From NCBI GenBank assembly GCA_037969235.1, contig JBBKXA010000091.1, positions 3,627-67,626 on the forward strand: a stretch of DNA of 64,000 nt. Direction: 5' to 3'. This DNA is from Bdellovibrionales bacterium. Its GTDB lineage: Bacteria; Pseudomonadota; Alphaproteobacteria; Micavibrionales; Micavibrionaceae. The first letter of the stretch is position 1, and each line of letters starts with the position of its first letter. The notes below the pieces were generated by a model. That model was not told the DNA's origin. It was given only the letters and a program-made list of their open reading frames with translations, and did no database searches. Below are positions 40,108-48,050 of this stretch, one piece after another. A program made the position numbers and the translations under genes.

Positions 40108-42174
40108 TCACGCCGCATCAACAAATTCATATATTGGCTTCATGTGTAATTGCTTATGAATCTTTTCGAAATATTGCGCTTTCAAGCGTTCGTTATCATA
40201 TCCGTACGTCTCAGGCGTATTGATCGCCTTGCCGTTTAAAATCTGTGATGTAGGCTTTTCTGCCCGTTTACCATTGGGCGTTTTTAACACATAAGGCACA
40301 CCGATAATCTCATGTGGACAACATAACCGCCCGACGCTGTCAGAAATAATCGCTTTAATCTGCGCTTTTAAGCCCTCATCCATTTGAACACCATCCTTAA
40401 ACACAACAAACAACGCCGTATGATCGCCGCCTTGCGCATCTTTGAAACTCGCCGCAAGCGTATCAACGATAAGACCGCGCAGATCAGAGTGCTCTAACGC
40501 ATCATAAATTTGTTGCGTACCAATACGTACACCACCTTGATTCAAGGTTGTATCTGAACGCCCCTCAACAATAATCTGATCTTGGCTATATTTCACCGCA
40601 TCCCCATGCCTCCAAACGGGCGGATCACACTTAAAATGCCTAAAATATTCACCGTGAAAACGGCTGCCATCCGCATCATTCCAAAAACACAAAGGTCGTG
40701 AAGCAAAAGGCTTTGTAATCACCAATTCTCCAACTTCATTATCCTCCACGCGCTCACCCGCATCATTCCAAATCTCAACCGCCATCCCTAAAACCGCGCC
40801 TTTCAGATGCCCGGCAATCGTGGCCGTAAAGGGATTACCCATCGTATAACATCCTACAAAATCCGTGCCCCCGCATACGCCATCAATACTCATATCCGCT
40901 TTAATGTGCTCATGCACATATTCAAACCCTTCTGGCGAAAGCACCGATCCCGTGTACATGATGCTCCGCAAAGCCGAGAGATCAAAGGCCTCCCCTCTGA
41001 CATTATTCTTTGCCCAAACATCACCAATAATGGCCGCCGCGGTGCCCAAATGTGTACACCCGTAATCGCTGGCAAATTGTAATTGTGCCCCTGCATCGGG
41101 ATAAGCAGGATTACCGTCATAAATCATCAACGTTGCACCTTGCGCCAAACCACTCGCGAGCCAATTAAACATCATCCAACTGGTTGTTGAATGAAAAAAC
41201 ACGCGATCACCTGCGCGCACATCACATTGAAGCTGATGTTCAATTGTGTGCTTAATCAAAGTACCCCCTACGCCATGCACAAAGCATTTCGGCGAACCGG
41301 TACTACCCGAAGAAAATAAAATCGCCAGTGGATGATTAAAATCACGTGGAATATATATAATTTCACTTGGGTGTACGTCTTTTAACAGACTGTCCGCGTC
41401 TAACACATTGCCCTTTAAATCATCATTTTTTACAGCCTGTCCCAGATGCTTTAAATTCGGTATAATGATGGTATGCTCAATAGATTTTACGCTACATTGC
41501 AACGCTTTCACAACATCGCGCCGATCTTGAATTTCTCCACTTTGGCCGATTTTAGCCATATGTACATACCCGTCCACCGCGATTAAAATTTTCGGTTGGA
41601 TCTGCTCAAATCGAGCGCTCACCGCTTGCGCCCCCATCTCTACACCCACCGATGAAAACACCGCACCCACTTGTGCACATGCCATCATCAGAATATACGC
41701 CTCCGGGATATGCGGCAAATACGTGGCCACCCGATCACTATCACCCACGCCGTAACGCTCCAAAATTTGCACCCATTGGCTAACGCGATTATACAAATCG
41801 CGCCAGCTCAAAACTTGATCTTCATCCCGTCCCGCCACACGCGAAATTATCGCGGGCTCATCTGGATGAGTTTCATAACGCGCCAGCATATTTTCAGCAA
41901 AAGAAATACGCGCGTCTTTGAAAAAAACCGCGTCTAATATTGAATCAGGGTGCTCAATTGTACATGTCCCACGCACCCCTTTTATATTGCAAAAATCCCA
42001 CACGCATTCATGAAACAATGCCGCATGCTCCACCGACCATATTTGAAGTTTTTTATAAGCATCAGCGCCTACCGCGCCAAAATTCACATTGTGGCGTTCA
42101 CAAACATAATCAATAAAGCCAGAAAGCCGCGATGATTGCGTCTGCGCTTGTGATGGTATTCGCAACATTTTCAT
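40108..42174 (-). CDS. Acetoacetyl-CoA synthetase (acetoacetate-CoA ligase)
   Basis: It has the AMP-binding motif 'FSSGSTGSPKC'. The 688-aa size and N-terminal region are typical of acetoacetyl-CoA synthetases rather than acetyl-CoA synthetase. Substrate specificity is inferred. Confidence 0.75.
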   Translation of the reverse strand: MKMLRIPSQAQTQSSRLSGFIDYVCERHNVNFGAVGADAYKKLQIWSVEHAALFHECVWDFCNIKGVRGTCTIEHPDSILDAVFFKDARISFAENMLARYETHPDEPAIISRVAGRDEDQVLSWRDLYNRVSQWVQILERYGVGDSDRVATYLPHIPEAYILMMACAQVGAVFSSVGVEMGAQAVSARFEQIQPKILIAVDGYVHMAKIGQSGEIQDRRDVVKALQCSVKSIEHTIIIPNLKHLGQAVKNDDLKGNVLDADSLLKDVHPSEIIYIPRDFNHPLAILFSSGSTGSPKCFVHGVGGTLIKHTIEHQLQCDVRAGDRVFFHSTTSWMMFNWLASGLAQGATLMIYDGNPAYPDAGAQLQFASDYGCTHLGTAAAIIGDVWAKNNVRGEAFDLSALRSIMYTGSVLSPEGFEYVHEHIKADMSIDGVCGGTDFVGCYTMGNPFTATIAGHLKGAVLGMAVEIWNDAGERVEDNEVGELVITKPFASRPLCFWNDADGSRFHGEYFRHFKCDPPVWRHGDAVKYSQDQIIVEGRSDTTLNQGGVRIGTQQIYDALEHSDLRGLIVDTLAASFKDAQGGDHTALFVVFKDGVQMDEGLKAQIKAIISDSVGRLCCPHEIIGVPYVLKTPNGKRAEKPTSQILNGKAINTPETYGYDNERLKAQYFEKIHKQLHMKPIYEFVDAA

Positions 42175-42293
42175 GATAATTTAGCCCTGCTTATTGTCGC
42201 CCATTAGGTTTTTTGTAACATTTTACAAACCTTAGACGAATTCATCAATAATGTTAATGCGTTAATCTTTTTGAAAGTTAAGTTTATAAAATC

Positions 42294-44441
42294 ATGAAAA
42301 ATTTATTTTTAAGCCTACTATTTTTCTGTGTCCTGATGCTCTCCCCCGCATCATATGCGCAGCAGAGCGAAAACCACGTTAAAATTCGCCTCCTCGCCGA
42401 ACATGCCTCCGTAAAAGGCGGCGAAGAAATCTGGATCGGTACAGAGCAAATGATTGATCCGCATTGGCATACCTACTGGAAAAACCCTGGCGATTCGGGC
42501 ACCGCAACGCAAATAAAATGGGATATGCCTGATGACTTTCTAATCAGCGATATTCAATGGCCAACCCCGCAAAAAATTCAATATGGCCCCTTGCTGAACT
42601 ACGGCTATGAGCAACAGGTTATTCTCTTGCAAAAACTCACTTTGCCCAAGGATCTCCCTCGAGGTAAAATAACCCTCACCGCTGATGTCGAAGTTTTGGT
42701 GTGCAAGGAAGAATGCATTCCCGAATATGGCACGTACACCCTAATTCTAAACGGCGAGAACGCGGCAAATGAAGAAAACAGCGCTTATCTTGAAGCCGCC
42801 CGTCAGCTTTTGCCAATACATAATGATTGGCCCCTGTTTTTCGATGTCGACGAACAAAATTTTTCTCTCAAAATCACCATCCCTGCACACTTAAGAAGCC
42901 ATATTCAACTTGATAGCGTCAAATATTTCCCCGCCGATTGGGGCACATTGGCCAATGCTGAAAAACCAACCGCAACGATGAATGGAGAACAACTGATCCT
43001 CACGCAAATGCGTGGACAACGCCCTATCGAAAAACTCGAATCCTTAACAGGTGTCTTGCAATTTGCTGCAAACACTTCCGATAGCCAAAGCGAGAGCACA
43101 TATAACATTAACATCAAAGCTACGCCATCATGGATGGAAAGCCCAGCGGGCGCAGTCATATCCGAAGTGATGCAAGTCATGGAATATCCAGAACAAGGTG
43201 AATTAAATTTCTTTAAAGCCCTCATCCTAGCTATTCTTGGCGGAATGATTCTCAATCTCATGCCCTGCGTTTTCCCCGTTCTATCCATCAAAGCTTTAAG
43301 CCTTGTAAAAATCGCCGCAAAAAGTCCAAAACTTGCCAAAGCGCATGGTCTTTCATACACCGCAGGCGTCATCGCTAGTTTTGTATTGATCGCTGCAATT
43401 CTAATTACATTGCGCGCTGGTGGTGCGCAATTAGGCTGGGGATTCCAACTCCAAAATCCAATCATTATCACATTATTAGGATATTTACTCTTTGTAATCG
43501 GCCTCAACCTTATGGGGTTCTTCGAATTCAGCAGTCGTTTTAACAATGTCGGCGGTGGCTTAGCCCAAAAAGACGGTCTTACAGGGTCGTTTTTCACAGG
43601 TGTTCTGGCGACACTCGTAGCTGCACCATGCACCGCCCCGTTAATGGCAGGCGCCATAGGTTTTGCACTCATACAATCACCATTCATTGCGCTCGTGATT
43701 TTCTCCGCCCTTGGTTTGGGACTAGCCTTGCCTTATTTGGCATTATCATTCATGCCAAACTTGCAAGCGCGAATGCCAAAACCCGGCGCTTGGATGAGCG
43801 TATTCAAACAAATCCTCGCCTTCCCAATGTTTATTGCGGCCCTATGGATGTTTTGGATTTTAGCGCAGCAAGTTGATGTCACAAGCGCAAGCGCCGCTTT
43901 ATTGGGTGCCATTTTAATCACAATAGCGCTGTGGCTTTTAAAATTCAGCAACTTGAAATCATCTAAAAAATTCATTTTACGCATATTAGCCATCACATTA
44001 ATTGTTATATCAACTGCGTTTATCCCGCTTACTTTCCCCTCAAAGCCATCACTGCATGATAAATACATGGTCATCAAGGGATTTGGCGATACCTTTAGCC
44101 AAAGCGCGCTTGATAAAGCTTTAGAAGGAGACGACCCTATATTCACCGAAATGACCGCCGCATGGTGCATCACATGCAAGGTCAATCACAAAATTGCAAT
44201 AAATATCGATAGCACCAAAGCCCTGTTCGCCGAGCATAATGTGCGGTATTTAATCGGCGATTGGACAAACGAAGATCCCGAAATTACGAAATACCTCCAA
44301 AAACATGGACGAAACGGTGTGCCGCTCTATGTTTTTTATGGGTCGCGCGATGATGTAACCAAACAGCGTCCTGCACCGAAACTATTGCCACAGGTCTTAA
44401 CACCAACGATTATTAAAAAAATTGTTGAAGACAAACCCTAA
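42294..44441 (+). CDS. DsbD/ScsB-family thiol:disulfide interchange protein (three-domain reductant transporter)
   Basis: A signal peptide leads into an N-terminal periplasmic domain with 'VLVCKEECIPE'. The central TM core carries 'LNLMPCVFPVLS' and 'VAAPCTAPLM'. The C-terminal thioredoxin domain carries 'AAWCITCKVN'. Confidence 0.85.
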   Translation: MKNLFLSLLFFCVLMLSPASYAQQSENHVKIRLLAEHASVKGGEEIWIGTEQMIDPHWHTYWKNPGDSGTATQIKWDMPDDFLISDIQWPTPQKIQYGPLLNYGYEQQVILLQKLTLPKDLPRGKITLTADVEVLVCKEECIPEYGTYTLILNGENAANEENSAYLEAARQLLPIHNDWPLFFDVDEQNFSLKITIPAHLRSHIQLDSVKYFPADWGTLANAEKPTATMNGEQLILTQMRGQRPIEKLESLTGVLQFAANTSDSQSESTYNINIKATPSWMESPAGAVISEVMQVMEYPEQGELNFFKALILAILGGMILNLMPCVFPVLSIKALSLVKIAAKSPKLAKAHGLSYTAGVIASFVLIAAILITLRAGGAQLGWGFQLQNPIIITLLGYLLFVIGLNLMGFFEFSSRFNNVGGGLAQKDGLTGSFFTGVLATLVAAPCTAPLMAGAIGFALIQSPFIALVIFSALGLGLALPYLALSFMPNLQARMPKPGAWMSVFKQILAFPMFIAALWMFWILAQQVDVTSASAALLGAILITIALWLLKFSNLKSSKKFILRILAITLIVISTAFIPLTFPSKPSLHDKYMVIKGFGDTFSQSALDKALEGDDPIFTEMTAAWCITCKVNHKIAINIDSTKALFAEHNVRYLIGDWTNEDPEITKYLQKHGRNGVPLYVFYGSRDDVTKQRPAPKLLPQVLTPTIIKKIVEDKP

Positions 44442-44466
44442 CGTTGAAAATAAAAAGGACACCATC

Positions 44467-45075
44467 ATGAATAAAATATTCGCATATCTCATGGCTGTAT
44501 TTGTACTCGCCTTCGCGGCAATGCCCGTACATGCCGCCGTTGAAATCGGCCAACCAGCTCCAGAAATTTCGGCCAAAGACACAAATGGTAACGATTTTAA
44601 ACTCAGCGATCATAAAGGCAAAATCGTCGTTTTAGAATGGACAAATCACCACTGCCCATTCGTGATAAAACACTACAGCACCAAAAACATGCAAAATGTT
44701 CAAGCCAAAGCCAAAGAACAAGGCGTAGAATGGGTAACAATCGTATCATCCGCCGCGGGTAAGCAAGGCAATGTAACCGCCGAAGAAGCCAACACCATAG
44801 TAACGGAGCAAGGCGCAACCATATCTGCCAAAATCCTTGATGAAAGCGGCGAAATTGGCAAACTATATGATGCAAAAACAACGCCGCATATGTTCGTGAT
44901 CGATACCGAAGGCAACGTAGCCTACGCCGGTGCCATTGATGACAAATCTAGCCCCAATCCCGCCACCATCGAAGGCGCAGACAACTATGTGCTAAACGCA
45001 ATCGCAAGCTTACAAGCTGGTGAAACCGTTAAAACGACACAAACGCAACCTTATGGATGCGCTGTAAAATATTAA
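44467..45075 (+). CDS. Secreted redoxin/thioredoxin-like (AhpC/TSA family) protein
   Basis: It has the signal peptide 'MNKIFAYLMAVFVLAFAAMPVHA' and the motif 'VVLEWTNHHCPFVIKHY'. The start is chosen at the internal Met of the 44422 ORF. Confidence 0.75.
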   Translation: MNKIFAYLMAVFVLAFAAMPVHAAVEIGQPAPEISAKDTNGNDFKLSDHKGKIVVLEWTNHHCPFVIKHYSTKNMQNVQAKAKEQGVEWVTIVSSAAGKQGNVTAEEANTIVTEQGATISAKILDESGEIGKLYDAKTTPHMFVIDTEGNVAYAGAIDDKSSPNPATIEGADNYVLNAIASLQAGETVKTTQTQPYGCAVKY

Positions 45076-45093
45076 TACATAGCCACACAAATC

Positions 45094-45126
45094 AAACCGC
45101 TCTTACTTTTAAGGGCGGTTTTTTTA
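45094..45126 (+). terminator. Rho-independent terminator after the redoxin gene
   Basis: The sequence 'aaaccgc-tcttacttttaag-ggcggttttttt' forms a stem followed by a T-run. Confidence 0.6.
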
Positions 45127-45220
45127 TGGCCTACTCCAATAGTCACTATCTTGTCAGAATCAAGAACATCCCGTATGATGAAATAACGATTCGCATATTC
45201 AGATTGAAGAGTTTCCTTCC

Positions 45221-46843
45221 ATGTTCGCGCTCAAGAAAAAAAATTCAGGAATAAATATTGCGTTATTAGCGCAAAAACCCGCGGACAATGAAAATTTATC
45301 TCTAACAGGCAAAAAAAACTCTACCATTCAAGTCGACAATTTTAACAGCCGTGACTACGAAACGATGTTCAGCATGTCAAAAGATGCGCTGGTGAGTGTG
45401 AATGATTTTGGTGAGATCATTAAATGCAACAAAGCATTTTTAACACTCAATGGCTTTGATACAACCACTCTAGAAGGCATGCATTTTTTAGATCTGTTCA
45501 CCGAAGCCGACCGTAAATTCATGCGAAGCACCATTCAAACACTCGCCACCACTGAAAATACTCTCGAGGCACCAGGCTTTGCCTTCGAAGCTCAAATGCG
45601 CACCGCGGATGATTCCACCGTAAACATGCATTGGAATATTTGTCTTCGTGACGAAACCCTATATTGTAAAGGCCGCGATATTGGTGCAACGACGCGTCAA
45701 AGCCAAGCATTGAACCGTCGTGAGAAGCAACTGGCGCAAGCTGAATCTATTGGCCGCATGGGGCACTGGAATTGGGTTGTCGGCAAAGAAGCCATCGAAT
45801 GGAGCGACGAAATATATCGCATTTTCGGCGTTGAAAAAGGATCATTTGCACCGACATTGCAAGCCTTGGAAAACCTTGTGCATCGTGAAGACCGCGCCCG
45901 TTTCAACCAAGCTCTTCACCGCGCGATCATCGAAGAAAATAACTATGACATGGAATTTCGCATTTGCCGCGATGACGGTGAAACGCGCCATATCCGTTGC
46001 GAAGGGCGATGCGCCTTTGATGATGAGGGCGAAGTGATAGCCCTTTACGGCATGATGCAAGATATGACGGAACGCATTTTATATGAACGTGATCTGCGTA
46101 GTGCCAAAGATCAGGCCGAACAAGCCTACGCCGCACGCACGCAATTTCTCGCCAACATGTCCCATGAATTAAGGACGCCGCTCAATGCCATCATAGGTTT
46201 TTCCGAAATGATGCAGCGTCAGCTATTAGGGCCCATCGGCACCGAAAAATATCTGGAATATATTGGCGGCATTCGCGAAAGCGGCGAACATCTGCTTGAT
46301 CTCATTAGTGATATTCTTGATATGTCCAAAATCGAAGCTGGTAAATACGACCTCGCCTTCGAAAAAGTCAACATTGCCAAAGTGTTCAAACTCACTTTGC
46401 ATATGGTTGAAGCACGCGCCCAAGATGCGGGTGTACGTATCAAAATGGATAATATATCAGAAGATTTATGCATCATCGCGGATCGGCGTGCAATTTTGCA
46501 AATCGTCCTCAATATCGCATCCAACGCCGTAAAGTTTACTAAAAAAGGCGGCGAGGTGTTTATGAGCGTGCAAGAGCGTGAAGACCATATTTTGCTCAAA
46601 ATCACCGATACAGGCGTAGGCATCCCCGCACACAAAATTGCCAGTGTGACCAAACCATTCGAACAAGTTTCATCTTCTTATGCCCGCGAACATAGTGGCT
46701 CTGGCCTTGGTCTATCTATCACCAAAGATTTAACCGAAATGCATGGTGGATCGCTCTACATCGAATCTAGGCTCGGCGAAGGCACAAGCGTCAGTGTACG
46801 TCTCCCTAAAGACGCCAGCAAAAAAATAAAAAATAGCGTTTAA
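45221..46843 (+). CDS. Cytoplasmic PAS-domain sensor histidine kinase (no TM, no adjacent response regulator)
   Basis: Two PAS-like regions are followed by the HisKA motif 'NMSHELRTPLNAI'. The HATPase motifs 'NAVKFT' and 'GSGLGLSI' are present. Confidence 0.88.
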   Translation: MFALKKKNSGINIALLAQKPADNENLSLTGKKNSTIQVDNFNSRDYETMFSMSKDALVSVNDFGEIIKCNKAFLTLNGFDTTTLEGMHFLDLFTEADRKFMRSTIQTLATTENTLEAPGFAFEAQMRTADDSTVNMHWNICLRDETLYCKGRDIGATTRQSQALNRREKQLAQAESIGRMGHWNWVVGKEAIEWSDEIYRIFGVEKGSFAPTLQALENLVHREDRARFNQALHRAIIEENNYDMEFRICRDDGETRHIRCEGRCAFDDEGEVIALYGMMQDMTERILYERDLRSAKDQAEQAYAARTQFLANMSHELRTPLNAIIGFSEMMQRQLLGPIGTEKYLEYIGGIRESGEHLLDLISDILDMSKIEAGKYDLAFEKVNIAKVFKLTLHMVEARAQDAGVRIKMDNISEDLCIIADRRAILQIVLNIASNAVKFTKKGGEVFMSVQEREDHILLKITDTGVGIPAHKIASVTKPFEQVSSSYAREHSGSGLGLSITKDLTEMHGGSLYIESRLGEGTSVSVRLPKDASKKIKNSV

Positions 46844-47763
46844 ATTTTGCCCGATCCGAATAATGAAAGCGTATAATCTTCCGCTTCCATACACGCCTTT
46901 AAGCCCTCACGGAAATTTTTATATTTAAGCTCATAGCCTAGCGCATTAGTAATCTTTTCGCTACGTACACGCTTGTTATCATTATAGAAACTACGTGCCA
47001 TCAGCGATAACTCTGCCAATTCAAAATCAATGATCGGCGGGACAGGCCGTCCCAATAATTCACAACCATACGCAATAACTTCATGACTTGGTGCGGGCTC
47101 ACAATCGCTCAAATTATATATGCCACTGCTATCTTCCACATCAAAAGACGCCATAATCGCACCCGCTACATCTTCAACGTGAATACGATTAAAAATATGC
47201 CCTTCTTTTTCAACACGCTTTGCCACGCCTGCGCGAATAGAATCCAACGCACTTCGCCCTGGGCCGTAAATCCCCGCAAGGCGAAAAATATGCAATGGCA
47301 AATTATGGTTTTCCGCCAATGATATCCATTGATCTTCCGCTTTTAATCGCCGTTGGCTTCGCTCATTTGTGGGCATTGGCGGGCAATTTTCATCCACCCA
47401 CGCCCCTTGACGGTGACCATAAACACCAATCGTCGATAAATACCCAATCCATTGCAAATTTTTCATCGCCGCAATATCATCGGCATAACGCATAAATACT
47501 GGATCACCATCCGCATCTGGCGGCGTAGAAATCAGTAAATGCGTAGCATCTCGCAATATATATCCCGCATCCGCCAAGGGTTTTTCCTGATCATATAAAT
47601 AGGCACGCACACCCCGATTTTGCATCGCCTTTTTCTTATCGCTATCGCGCGTTGTCCCGGCGATATCCCATTCAGGCATGGTTTGCAATGCATGCCCCAA
47701 ATAATCGCAACAATAACCGTAGCCAAAACAAAAAAGGGACTTTTTACTCAATTTTTTCACCAT
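46840..47763 (-). CDS. NAD-dependent epimerase/dehydratase-like (atypical SDR) protein
   Basis: It has a degenerate Rossmann N-terminus 'LFCFGYGYCCDY' and the motifs 'YLSTIGVYG', 'FRLAGIYGPGR' and 'RIHVEDVA', as in extended or atypical SDRs. Its 3' end overlaps the kinase gene by 4 bp in convergent orientation. Confidence 0.6.
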   Translation of the reverse strand: MVKKLSKKSLFCFGYGYCCDYLGHALQTMPEWDIAGTTRDSDKKKAMQNRGVRAYLYDQEKPLADAGYILRDATHLLISTPPDADGDPVFMRYADDIAAMKNLQWIGYLSTIGVYGHRQGAWVDENCPPMPTNERSQRRLKAEDQWISLAENHNLPLHIFRLAGIYGPGRSALDSIRAGVAKRVEKEGHIFNRIHVEDVAGAIMASFDVEDSSGIYNLSDCEPAPSHEVIAYGCELLGRPVPPIIDFELAELSLMARSFYNDNKRVRSEKITNALGYELKYKNFREGLKACMEAEDYTLSLFGSGKI

Positions 47764-48050
47764 GTCGTATTATTTAACACTATAGCTGTATAGTGCCGAG
47801 CGCAATCATAATACACCCATCATGATTTTTTCAAATCTTTCACTATAAAATCAAAAAAAATCAGAATATTTGATAGGAAATTTATGTTATAATTGAGGAA
47901 CATACCTCGAAACGTTAACCTTTTAGTAAGACATTCTTAACACATTTCATATATTATAGTAGCAATAATATCGCACAACTGTGTGATGTTCAAAAAACGT
48001 AGTGGCGCTAAAGTATTGATTTTAAAGAGAGAAAAACGGGCGAAAACATA

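Noticed and set aside
42905-43687. A 260-aa minus-strand ORF inside the dsbD/scsB-like gene. Similar long antisense ORFs occur at 58532-59101 inside ilvA, 24037-24585 inside gdhZ, 57182-57679 inside the Ldt gene, 46219-46653 inside the kinase gene and 43733-44185 inside dsbD.
   Set aside because: All lie fully within, and antisense to, genes with strong family motifs. Their translations are low-complexity (S/R/P/A-rich) with no recognisable motifs. These are classic shadow ORFs of well-supported genes.
47870-47893. A sigma70-like 'ttgata' ... 'tataat' pair in the AT-rich region upstream of the paralog triplet.
   Set aside because: The spacer is only 12 bp against an optimum of about 17, and the hexamer at the correct 17-bp spacing ('aatatt') is a poor -35 element. 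In such an AT-rich intergenic region these matches are expected by chance, so no promoter is called.
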